Positions 19,276 to 27,993 of a DNA stretch of 33,436 nt are shown in pieces (position 1 is the stretch's first letter; every line of letters begins with the position of its first letter). Both the position numbers and the translations under genes were made by a program. The stretch lies in the sequence record SRR20825019_863. The stretch is one strand, 5' to 3'. The notes under the pieces were generated by a model, which ran no database searches, was not told where the DNA came from, and saw only the letters and a list, made by a program, of their open reading frames with translations.

Positions 19276-20742
19276 TCACCGTGTTTCTTTGAAATGAACT
19301 TCGTAGATGGTGTGTGAAAACATATCTTTTTCTTTCCACTTTACAATATTCTCATCCTTGGATTTTATTCTCCGAGCATTTTTTCGAATTCGACGCGGCG
19401 TCCGAGAAGGTAATTTGTATGCTTTGTATTTTCTTCGTCTTTGAAAATCTCGGTGGGGTACTTCTTTGAAGTCAAACATAACTCCATTGGCTCCAATTAG
19501 ATTGATTTTCCCAAGAGGTTCTATGTCGATGTTGGGATAAAGTGATACCAAATCAAACTGCCGTCCTTCCAACTGTCCGTTTACCTTAACGTAGATCTTT
19601 TGAGGATTCTGAACCTCTCTCAAAGCGATTCCATGTTGTCGTTTAATCCAAAGGTATTTTGATGAATAGACAGTGGTTGCCAACGTACATTTTAGTATTT
19701 CTCCACTAGAACTAGTTCCTTCTGCGTTTCCTGAGACAATGTACCCAGTTGAATCTCTGACAATGTGAATTTTTCTCGACTGAAGTGAATCTAACTTAAA
19801 ATAGGGAGTCGGTCGATACGGGCCATGTCGCTGAAGAAAAGATTCAATTGGATGATTTCCAGTGATTTCATAGTCGGAGATAAACTTACCATTCTCTAAA
19901 TAGGTCTGAATTTTTATGTCAAATACTGTATCGATTCCTTGAAGAGTTGTCAAACGTTGAATAGTACGTTGAAGAATTGTGTCATATTCAATGAATTCAA
20001 TGATTCTCTCGCTCGCTTGGATTCTTTCCGTGTACTTTTCAGTTATTTCTTTTGATTTCCTTTCAACGTTTTTCGTTTGCAACGTACATATACTGTCTCT
20101 TTTGGGGTAAGCGCCAGAAAATATAGAGTCTATATAATACTGTGTTTTAATTATTGTATCGCCTCGCTCGGCACTGTCATACTTCCTCCAGCGGGTTTTT
20201 TCCTGTTCAAGTAAACTAATGGTGTATGGTTGTGGAGAACTAAGCGAATTTATTGCGTTGAGATCAGTTATCATCCAGTTTTTGTAGTACTGAGTGAGCT
20301 GATTATCTAAAGCAAAATAATGTATTTTATTTTCTTGGTGTTCTTCCATTGCAACTTCAGAATTCCAAACGACTCCCGAATCCATTTCAAATATGATTTG
20401 ATAACTCAGTTGATTGATTGTATCGTACCATTTGTGATAAATGGAAAGATCTTCACTATTGCTCCAATAGGCATATAAGTCATTTACCTCAGTCACTACT
20501 GAAATGAGGTAGGATTTTTTTTCATTAATTGGATCGAAATAAATCACTTTACTCACAGAAAGTGAGCCAGAATCTTTTGTTAGCTCAATTGAAGCAAGAT
20601 GCGACTCTCCAGTTTCTGAAAGAGAGTACTGCCTGTCGTAGTTTATCGTTTTTACAAAATCGATGTATTTCTTTTGTCCAAAAGATGGAATGGACACTAA
20701 TGTGACAAAGAGAAGGAAGAAAATTTTAAAAAGTCGTTTCAT
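19276..20742 (-). CDS. Hypothetical secreted protein
   Basis: Likely start MKRLFKIFFLL at 20742 (signal peptide; TAATG overlap with the upstream gene). Confidence 0.7.
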   Translation of the reverse strand: MKRLFKIFFLLFVTLVSIPSFGQKKYIDFVKTINYDRQYSLSETGESHLASIELTKDSGSLSVSKVIYFDPINEKKSYLISVVTEVNDLYAYWSNSEDLSIYHKWYDTINQLSYQIIFEMDSGVVWNSEVAMEEHQENKIHYFALDNQLTQYYKNWMITDLNAINSLSSPQPYTISLLEQEKTRWRKYDSAERGDTIIKTQYYIDSIFSGAYPKRDSICTLQTKNVERKSKEITEKYTERIQASERIIEFIEYDTILQRTIQRLTTLQGIDTVFDIKIQTYLENGKFISDYEITGNHPIESFLQRHGPYRPTPYFKLDSLQSRKIHIVRDSTGYIVSGNAEGTSSSGEILKCTLATTVYSSKYLWIKRQHGIALREVQNPQKIYVKVNGQLEGRQFDLVSLYPNIDIEPLGKINLIGANGVMFDFKEVPHRDFQRRRKYKAYKLPSRTPRRIRKNARRIKSKDENIVKWKEKDMFSHTIYEVHFKETR

Positions 20743-21266
20743 TACAAGTTGATCATAGAACGTTTTTTTCTTTGTTTTATTAGAATGATACAGACGACAA
20801 CTGTCCCAATAATTCCGCTTATGTAGGAAGAAACATGCGACCATCCAACGGCTAAAAATAGGCTGTGCACTCTTTTGTCCATCAATGAAGCAAGTCTTGG
20901 CAAAAGATAGATCACCGAGAGTTCGCTCAGTGTATAACCAACAATTCCAGCGATAAGTGCAATTCCAAACATGGTCAACAAAAGTTTGATGATTAAGCGG
21001 AGCACTATCCTGAATTCAAGTGGCGAATTCTTGCCAAAATGATTGCATCCTGCGATCAAAATTCCCATCGGAAGTCCAACCCACCAGGTCGCAATAACAC
21101 CCCACGTCAAAGCAAGCAAAATAGGTGATTCACTCTCAATCACCTTTGGATGTCCAATTGTAAAATATTCAACACACAGATGGGCTGTAATGAAATCGTG
21201 CAGAATTCCGTAGCAGATAGATAACCCTAACGCACTCAGCACAATTTTCATGAAGTTTAGAATCAT
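20742..21266 (-). CDS. Hypothetical four-TM membrane protein
   Basis: Four hydrophobic helices; YGILHDFITAHLCVEYFTIGH and WGVIATWWVG motifs. Start could be the second Met. Confidence 0.75.
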   Translation of the reverse strand: MILNFMKIVLSALGLSICYGILHDFITAHLCVEYFTIGHPKVIESESPILLALTWGVIATWWVGLPMGILIAGCNHFGKNSPLEFRIVLRLIIKLLLTMFGIALIAGIVGYTLSELSVIYLLPRLASLMDKRVHSLFLAVGWSHVSSYISGIIGTVVVCIILIKQRKKRSMINL

Positions 21267-21380
21267 CGGTGAATTATTTGATCAGTTCTACTTTTTCAGA
21301 TGAAGTTTAAAGATACCAATTAGATTTACTTGCACATCTTCTCAAAGATCGCGTTTAAACGATTTTATCACACCATAAAA

Positions 21381-21426
21381 CAGGTGTTTTTACTGTTTGC
21401 TCTATTCTTTTCAAAAGATACTTTTA
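21381..21426 (+). promoter_or_regulatory. Putative promoter of the MNIO operon with an upstream operator-like box
   Basis: TTTG (21396-21399), N19, TACTTTTA (21419-21426) fits Bacteroidota -33/-7 spacing; CAGGTGTTTTTACTG lies immediately upstream. Confidence 0.4.
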
Positions 21427-21485
21427 GGTCATCTCAATTTTCGAGGTAAAACTGAATCTAAACGTAAACTCAAAAAGAACGATCA

Positions 21486-22946
21486 ATGCATGATTTAACT
21501 TCCATCAAAAAATTATTTACAATTCCCAAAGGTGGTGTCAATGACGCTAACTTTGCGGAAGCGATGCAGCAGGCGATTTCATTGGAATTAGCAACAATTC
21601 CAACGTATTTGTCCACGTACTATTCCATTCAACGAACTCCAGATCAGGCGGCAATTTATCAGAAAATACTTTCAAGTATTCCTGGAGATTTGAACCAAGA
21701 CGCGAGCAAAATTGCAGAAGAACTGACGATAGATGCAATGGTGTATGCGAATAAAACCGCCGCGTTAATTATGAGCGTCGTGATTGAAGAAATGTTGCAC
21801 CTTTCATTATCCAGTAATGTAAATCAAGCAATGATCGGTCCGCCAAACCTCATGAATATTGTGCCGAATTTGAATTTTCCAACACAATTGGATGGTCATC
21901 AACCAGAGTTCCCTATCAACCTTGGTAAACTTTCGATGCTACAATTGAAAACTTTCCTGCAAATTGAAAGTCCAAATGCGTTTACTGTTGGAACACCTGA
22001 GTTATTGAGAGCGGTAAAATACACAACAATAGGCGAGTTCTACGAAATGATTATTTCATACATTGAAAATGATTTTCAGGGAACGTTCGATATGAATCGT
22101 CCACAATTAACGCCCGATCAGCCTTTTTACTCGCAAAACTCGATTAATACTGTTTATTACGACCGCGACCATAAACCGCATTTCGTTAGTGAAGATGATA
22201 GTGGTGATCTAAAACTCGTGCTAAATGGAGAAACGGCGATTGATGCAATGAATGAAATTATCCATCAAGGAGAAGGACATCAAGGAGGAACTCAATTGAC
22301 ATTTGATGAAAATGGAATGCCAATTCCATTACCGGTTGTAGATGGAGAAGTACAATTTAGTCCAGAGGATTATGATGATCCCGAAAAGAAAGAGCTTTCT
22401 CATTTTGGTAAATTCCTCGAAGCGTACAGCCTCGGAGATCATTACATCACTAAATTTGATCAGTATGGAATCGATTTCTTCGATCTTTTTGTTTACAATC
22501 AACTAGATAATGCAAAGTTGGCAGATTTTGCTTCCAATGCAGAGGTTCAAATGGTCGCTGAATTAGGAAATGCAATTTATACATATATCATCTTGATGAT
22601 TGATACGTGCTATAACTCTGATAAATCAACACAGTTTGGCGTGTTTATGTACGGAATTCATAAATCGATGATTTGGTTATTGAGTGAATTGGGGAATGGA
22701 ATTAGAAAAAAGACCTTCACAAAAGGTGGAGTTGCGTACAACGGGGCATTGAGCTTTGAATATTTCGATTTCAGTAAGAAAACGGGAGTAAGTCCAAAAG
22801 AACAAATGACTGCGCTTGCGACTACTCTTGGGAACACTTATCCTAATTGGGCATGGCTTACTACGGACAAAGCGTATCTCGAGTCTTTGCCTGATGTTGG
22901 TTTAGACTACAGCGTAAAGGCGAATATGCCAGCAATTCCTAATTAA
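21486..22946 (+). CDS. Ferritin-like domain protein (PF12902-type, related to the VioB/RebD/StaD domain)
   Basis: QQAISLELATIPTYL...YSI, SVVIEEMLH, FLQIESP, YTTIGEFY, IIHQGEG, SHFGKF. Confidence 0.85.
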   Translation: MHDLTSIKKLFTIPKGGVNDANFAEAMQQAISLELATIPTYLSTYYSIQRTPDQAAIYQKILSSIPGDLNQDASKIAEELTIDAMVYANKTAALIMSVVIEEMLHLSLSSNVNQAMIGPPNLMNIVPNLNFPTQLDGHQPEFPINLGKLSMLQLKTFLQIESPNAFTVGTPELLRAVKYTTIGEFYEMIISYIENDFQGTFDMNRPQLTPDQPFYSQNSINTVYYDRDHKPHFVSEDDSGDLKLVLNGETAIDAMNEIIHQGEGHQGGTQLTFDENGMPIPLPVVDGEVQFSPEDYDDPEKKELSHFGKFLEAYSLGDHYITKFDQYGIDFFDLFVYNQLDNAKLADFASNAEVQMVAELGNAIYTYIILMIDTCYNSDKSTQFGVFMYGIHKSMIWLLSELGNGIRKKTFTKGGVAYNGALSFEYFDFSKKTGVSPKEQMTALATTLGNTYPNWAWLTTDKAYLESLPDVGLDYSVKANMPAIPN

Positions 22947-22978
22947 CAAGAACATTTTTTACTTTAAACGAAAGAACT

Positions 22979-23560
22979 ATGTCAGATTCGACACCAATAA
23001 AACAATTGCTCCCACCATTAGAACTTCACGCCTGTATGGGATTAAATTCGTGTAAAAATCACGGGTTTTCAGGAAACAATGATTGCGCAGGAAAGGGAGA
23101 TTGCGCAACAATTAATCATCCTTGTCACACCTTAAACGAGTGTAAAGGACAAGGTGGTTGCGGTTTATTCGGAACAACCGAAGAATTTTGTCACCCAGGA
23201 GAAAATGATTGTCGCTACCAAGGAAGCTGTGGAACTCCGATTATTTCTTCACGGTTCATTGTTCAAGGACCGAATAAAGGTCGCAGCGTTTGGCAGCTGG
23301 CACGTAAACTCTTTGAAGAAAAAATGACAGGAGCTGGAAAAACATTTGGTAATCCACCTGCTGGACAAGAATATGGACCAACGGAAGCTTTTGCAGCTGC
23401 ACGTGGAGCATACGAGTCATGCGGACAAAGTGGATCTCGATACTGTTCCTACGCATTTGATCCAACGAAAAAAGCCGAAGAGCAAGCAGCAAGACAAAAA
23501 GCTTTCCAAGAAAAGAGCGCAAATGAATTGCCAGATACCTTGGATAACTGTGGATGTTAG
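22979..23560 (+). CDS. Cys-rich repeat protein, putative MNIO substrate/RiPP precursor (BufA2-like repeats, no signal peptide)
   Basis: 14 Cys; HACMGLNSCK and HPCHTLNECK; NDCAGKGDC, NECKGQGGC and NDCRYQGSC; directly upstream of the DUF692 gene. Confidence 0.75.
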   Translation: MSDSTPIKQLLPPLELHACMGLNSCKNHGFSGNNDCAGKGDCATINHPCHTLNECKGQGGCGLFGTTEEFCHPGENDCRYQGSCGTPIISSRFIVQGPNKGRSVWQLARKLFEEKMTGAGKTFGNPPAGQEYGPTEAFAAARGAYESCGQSGSRYCSYAFDPTKKAEEQAARQKAFQEKSANELPDTLDNCGC

Positions 23561-23572
23561 TATTTTGTGCCC

Positions 23573-24511
23573 ATGATAAATTCGACGAATAATCAGTTGG
23601 GTCTTCCCAATCTTGGATTAGGTTTGGGATTAAGGACTCAACATTTTAATCATATTCTGGAAGAGAATCCCAGCGTTGATTGGTTCGAGATCATTTCCGA
23701 AAATTTCATGGACTCGTTTGGGCGTCCGCGCTACGTTTTAAATCAAATTAAAGAACGATACCCTGTGGTGATGCACGGGGTATCGCTTTCTATTGGGAGC
23801 ATGGACCCGTTGGATTTTGATTATTTGAAAAAGTTGAAATCACTCGCTGATGAAATCAATCCCGCGTGGATTAGTGATCATTTGTGTTGGACAGGCGTAC
23901 TTTCTGTAAATTCTCACGATTTGCTACCGTTGCCCTTAAATGAAGAGTCACTCAAGCATGTGTGTAGCAGAATCAATACCGTTCAAGATTATTTAGAGCG
24001 ACCGTTGATTTTGGAGAATCCAAGTACGTATGCATCCTTTAAAAATTCGAATATTCCCGAATGGGATTTTTTGCGTTTAATGGCAAAGGAAACACGGTGC
24101 GGACTGCTTTTAGACGTAAATAACGTGTTTGTCTCTGCTTTCAACAACGATTTCGATCCAGTGGAATACATCGAAGGAATTCCGTTTGAACAAGTGGTGC
24201 AAATGCATCTCGCAGGACATCAACATTGTGGAAATTATATTATTGATACACACGATAGAGAAGTTACAGACCAAGTGTGGGAATTGTTTCGCTTAGCTTG
24301 GCAAAAATCAGGTGGCGTTTCGACCTTACTTGAATGGGATGGAGACGTTCCAGAATTTGATACGTATTATCAAGAACTGCAAAAGGCAAAAGATTTCATG
24401 GGTGGAAAATTTAAAGGCATTAACCTAGAAGAACGAACGGGAGAATTTGAACGCGTTTCGAATCCTATTCATTTGATGAAACCAGAAATCATTCACACAG
24501 CAAATTCATAA
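23573..24511 (+). CDS. Multinuclear non-heme iron-dependent oxidative enzyme (MNIO, DUF692; MbnB/TglH/ChrH/BufB family)
   Basis: GLGLR, WFEIISENF, MHGVSLSIG, SDHLCW, LENPSTY, LLLDVNN, MHLAGH, IDTHD, LLEWD. ATG 23573 or GTG 23567. Confidence 0.95.
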   Translation: MINSTNNQLGLPNLGLGLGLRTQHFNHILEENPSVDWFEIISENFMDSFGRPRYVLNQIKERYPVVMHGVSLSIGSMDPLDFDYLKKLKSLADEINPAWISDHLCWTGVLSVNSHDLLPLPLNEESLKHVCSRINTVQDYLERPLILENPSTYASFKNSNIPEWDFLRLMAKETRCGLLLDVNNVFVSAFNNDFDPVEYIEGIPFEQVVQMHLAGHQHCGNYIIDTHDREVTDQVWELFRLAWQKSGGVSTLLEWDGDVPEFDTYYQELQKAKDFMGGKFKGINLEERTGEFERVSNPIHLMKPEIIHTANS

Positions 24512-25344
24512 TGAGTAATTTAAAGAATTTACCTGATTTTCAGTCGTGGATGCAACAACAATTACTCTATCCACACGGAGAAGTAGCAGCTGATGGATCA
24601 ATAAAACAAAGTGATGTTCCATTAGAGGAATTGGTTCAAGATTCAAAGCGTTTATCGGCACGTGACCATTTGGCGATTTACCAACGAAGTTACATTGCAC
24701 GCTTGCGAGATTGCATGTGTAAAGTGTTTAGTTCGTTAGAATATGCTTTAGGTGAAGAGTTGTTTGTGGCTTTTGCAGATACGTATTTGGAATCTCATCC
24801 TTCTTCGAACTATAATTTGAGCAATCTTGGAGCTAAGTTCGCCGATTTTCTACAATCCACGCGACCAGACGCTCACGAAGAAATAAAAGAAGACTGGCCT
24901 GATTTCATGATTGAATTGGCGCGATTCGAGTTTGCGATCAATACCTTATTCGATCAAGAAGATCCATCAACGAATAATCTTGCTACCACGAAAACGAAAG
25001 AAAGTGATTTACGACTTTGCAACGTGCTTGAGTTGTTTGAATTCAAATTTCCGATTCGACCATTTTACAGTGCATTCGTGAATGGAGATCAACCCGATTT
25101 ACCCGAAAAAAGGCAAACTTATTGTGCCGTAATCAGACAAAGACACAATTTCCGAATTGCACTTTACGACCTTCAACCAGCGCAATATTTCTTTTTGAAG
25201 CAACTGCAACAAAACGAAAGTGTTCAACAGACTTTTGACTATTTGACAACAGAAATGTCGATGGATGAAAAGCAGCTTCAAACTGTGTGGGAAATCTGGA
25301 AACAAACGTGGATTGCGGCTGGATTTCTAGCAGAAATTGGTTAA
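24511..25344 (+). CDS. DUF2063 protein, MNIO partner (BufC/HvfC-like)
   Basis: RLSARDHLAIYQRSYIARL...LGEELF...Y...HPS...LGAKFADFL...ELARFE; TAATG overlap with the MNIO gene. Confidence 0.88.
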   Translation: MSNLKNLPDFQSWMQQQLLYPHGEVAADGSIKQSDVPLEELVQDSKRLSARDHLAIYQRSYIARLRDCMCKVFSSLEYALGEELFVAFADTYLESHPSSNYNLSNLGAKFADFLQSTRPDAHEEIKEDWPDFMIELARFEFAINTLFDQEDPSTNNLATTKTKESDLRLCNVLELFEFKFPIRPFYSAFVNGDQPDLPEKRQTYCAVIRQRHNFRIALYDLQPAQYFFLKQLQQNESVQQTFDYLTTEMSMDEKQLQTVWEIWKQTWIAAGFLAEIG

Positions 25345-25360
25345 ACGAAATGCAATTCAT

Positions 25361-26251
25361 TTAGCACGGCGGACCCCAATAGGAAGAGAGATAAATTTGC
25401 GTGATAATTCCATTTGAAAAGTAGAAACGAATTCCAGCAGAATCACCTAGTGAAATAATAAACTCGTTATTTTCCTGCAATTCTCGAATCATTTCCTCCG
25501 TATAGAAGAGCTTCACTTGTGCTCCATATTCTTTTTTAAATTGCTCATAACTATCTCCAACGGTAAGTTGTCTTCCAGTTTTAAAAGAACTGTTTTTAGA
25601 ATCGATGTTAATGAGTTGAATTGTGCCATTTATGAAATGATCTGCGAAAAACGTCAACTTTAATTGCTTTTCATGATAGTGCCAAACAATATAGATTTCA
25701 TCATAAGCTCCATAATAAGTCGAAATTGAGTCTGGTATACCAATTCTACGTGTAATTTCTGGGGATGAATAGCCCAATTGAAGTCCATTAATTCTTTCTT
25801 TCTTCACAAGCTCTAACTCACTCTCTTCGCGGTTCAAACCGTGAAGTTGAATTTTTTCATCATCAAAACTAGCAGCTATTTTGCGTGAACCTGTGCAAAC
25901 ATCTCCTTCTTCAATTCCTGTGAGCCATTGATCAAAGTACTGAGTTCTTTCTTCTGTGAATTGGTTAAGTACGGATAAACGACAAAGTACGTAGCTGCCA
26001 TAAAACTCGGGTAACAATAGCTTTACTTCACTGTCGCGATACTCGATCCAATTTCGTTGTGCCGCTCTCAGGTTTTTGATAAAAAGCGTATCTGTTTTAT
26101 ATTCATCCAGAAGTTGTTTGTACACTTTGTTCAGTTTCAAATCAGCTTGAAGAAATTTTTGGTGCATTTCTTCTTCCATTTCACGCTGTGTTTGTCCATA
26201 ACAGAACGTAAATGAAAAAATAAGAAGAGGAATTAAAGTGAGTTTACGCAT
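25361..26251 (-). CDS. Secreted LprI/DUF1311 domain protein with an extra C-terminal domain
   Basis: Signal peptide from MRKLTL (ATG 26251); QTQREM...ADLKLNKVYKQL...LRAAQRNWIEYRD...C. Confidence 0.8.
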   Translation of the reverse strand: MRKLTLIPLLIFSFTFCYGQTQREMEEEMHQKFLQADLKLNKVYKQLLDEYKTDTLFIKNLRAAQRNWIEYRDSEVKLLLPEFYGSYVLCRLSVLNQFTEERTQYFDQWLTGIEEGDVCTGSRKIAASFDDEKIQLHGLNREESELELVKKERINGLQLGYSSPEITRRIGIPDSISTYYGAYDEIYIVWHYHEKQLKLTFFADHFINGTIQLINIDSKNSSFKTGRQLTVGDSYEQFKKEYGAQVKLFYTEEMIRELQENNEFIISLGDSAGIRFYFSNGIITQIYLSSYWGPPC

Positions 26252-26419
26252 GAGTGTAGATGAATGTTTGTACTTGATTACCAAACAAAGATAAGATTCA
26301 ATAAAAGAATTTTAGGTGATCTCGATTATTCGATACCGTTGTTCGATTATCCGTTAATAGTATTTAGCTACAGCGAGCGAGAGACTTTTGGTTGACTGAA
26401 GTGTTCAAAGTGATCTTTC

Positions 26420-26995
26420 TTAGTTGTAATCAAAATCTTTCACTTTGATTTTACACATTTCTCCCGTTTTCAGGTTGTGCCAAACGATTCCTTCGATTCC
26501 ACAATCATTGCCAAAAATACTTTTTTGATTCGGAAGCCATTTTTTCAATCCTTCAAAATCTGTGGGAGCATTTGGATAAACGACCTTGTTTTTCCAATCT
26601 TCTAATGAGAATATGAAAAGCGTGTGCCCCACAAGGTTCAAAGGATTCCCTTGAATTTTTTCTCCTAACGCTTCAGCACTCCATTCTCCATCAGGCACGT
26701 TTGAAAAATCAGTGTTTTTTACAGCATCAAAAATGTACGCATCCGCTTTGTCAGATTCATCTGCATCGATATACCAAGGATCTTGAATTCCGTGTTGCTT
26801 TTGAATTTTACTCGGATTTCTTCTTTTCTCCACTCTAACGACGGTCTGATTTCTTACGGTCAATCGAACATTTGTTCCATCTAGTTTTTCTGTAGCAATA
26901 GCAGATTCAAAATCAAATTCAGGAACGGCGAGTGTTGTATTTACTTTCCTGTTTCCTTCCCAATTTCGGCCAAATATTGTAGGTATTTTTTCCAT
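26420..26995 (-). CDS. ATP-dependent RNA ligase-like nucleotidyltransferase (DUF5565/RLIG1-like)
   Basis: KIPTIF, motif I ATEKLDGTN (K37), EALGEKIQGNP, motif IV IEGIVWH, motif V KIK. Confidence 0.8.
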   Translation of the reverse strand: MEKIPTIFGRNWEGNRKVNTTLAVPEFDFESAIATEKLDGTNVRLTVRNQTVVRVEKRRNPSKIQKQHGIQDPWYIDADESDKADAYIFDAVKNTDFSNVPDGEWSAEALGEKIQGNPLNLVGHTLFIFSLEDWKNKVVYPNAPTDFEGLKKWLPNQKSIFGNDCGIEGIVWHNLKTGEMCKIKVKDFDYN

Positions 26996-27003
26996 TTTTG
27001 TTC

Positions 27004-27993
27004 TTATTTATTGCTGGAGATTTTACTCTCTTGTACTTTATCAAAAGTAATTAAAACATTTCCTGTTTTTTGACCTTTCATGACGTATGCGTATGCCTCG
27101 GAAATTTCTTCCAATTGATATTCTCTGTCAATTACAGGTTTGAACTTCTCTGTTTCTAAAAGATTACTGATAAAAGGGATCGTTTTCTGCTTGCCATAAG
27201 GTACAGGAAAGATCACTTTTTTATTAGAGAATGAAGTTAATAAAGGGTAAAAAATATTTTGTGAATAAGGTCCCAACTCCGAAGAGATGTAAATTCCTTT
27301 TTCGGTTAGTAAGGGTTTGCATTTCCCAAAAGTACTTTTCCCAACGGCATCAAATATAAAGTCGTATTTCTCGCTGTCATTCGTAAAGTCTTCTTTACTG
27401 TAATCATATACTTTATCCGCACCCAATGAGTGAATTAGCTCGATGTTCTGAGTATTACAAGTTGCCGTTAATTTAACATCGTATTGTCTTACAAACTGCA
27501 ATAGGGCGGAGCCAATGCCTCCAGTAGCACCATTTATGAGGATTTTTTGTCCAGATTGGATCGTTACCTTGTGAATGAAAGTGTACGCGTACGAAGCTCC
27601 TTCCAAGCTCGCGGCTGCATTTCGATAATCTACATTTTCGGGGATGTGAAATAAATCGACTTCTTTTACCGCAGTGTATTCAGCTTGTGATTCAGCCCCT
27701 GTGTCATTAAAACCGAATACTCTATGCCCAACGCTAAATGACTTCACATTTTTGCCTGTAGACACGACTTCACCAGCGAAATCTGTTCCCAGAGTTATTT
27801 TTCGGGGTTTAAACAATCCCAGTACAAATCTCATAATAAACGGTTTGGCGGTTAGATTTGCGCAATCTGTTCTGTTGACTGTAGTTGCGTGGACCTTAAT
27901 GAGAACCTCATTGTCTTTCGGAACAGGTTGTTCAACGGTTTCAATTTTTATCTGACTTGGCGAACCGTATCTTCTACGTACTGAAGCTTTCAT
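27004..27993 (-). CDS. MDR-superfamily NAD(P)-dependent oxidoreductase (quinone oxidoreductase-like)
   Basis: LGTDFAGEV, ILINGATGGIGS, FDAVG, PVIDREY; no GHE zinc motif. Confidence 0.9.
   Translation of the reverse strand: MKASVRRRYGSPSQIKIETVEQPVPKDNEVLIKVHATTVNRTDCANLTAKPFIMRFVLGLFKPRKITLGTDFAGEVVSTGKNVKSFSVGHRVFGFNDTGAESQAEYTAVKEVDLFHIPENVDYRNAAASLEGASYAYTFIHKVTIQSGQKILINGATGGIGSALLQFVRQYDVKLTATCNTQNIELIHSLGADKVYDYSKEDFTNDSEKYDFIFDAVGKSTFGKCKPLLTEKGIYISSELGPYSQNIFYPLLTSFSNKKVIFPVPYGKQKTIPFISNLLETEKFKPVIDREYQLEEISEAYAYVMKGQKTGNVLITFDKVQESKISSNK

Noticed and set aside
20743-20844. Extended start of the 522-aa ORF
   Set aside because: It overlaps the upstream gene by about 100 nt, and the signal peptide begins at ATG 20742.
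23549-23576. Selenocysteine or readthrough at the end of the Cys-rich protein
   Set aside because: The stop is TAG, there is no in-frame TGA, and the next gene starts within 12 nt.
21486-25344. Calling the operon methanobactin, violacein/indolocarbazole or canonical bufferin biosynthesis
   Set aside because: No MbnA-like short peptide, MbnC or TonB receptor; no Trp oxidase or other vio/reb genes; no signal peptide, DoxX or ECF sigma/anti-sigma. No gene symbols were assigned.
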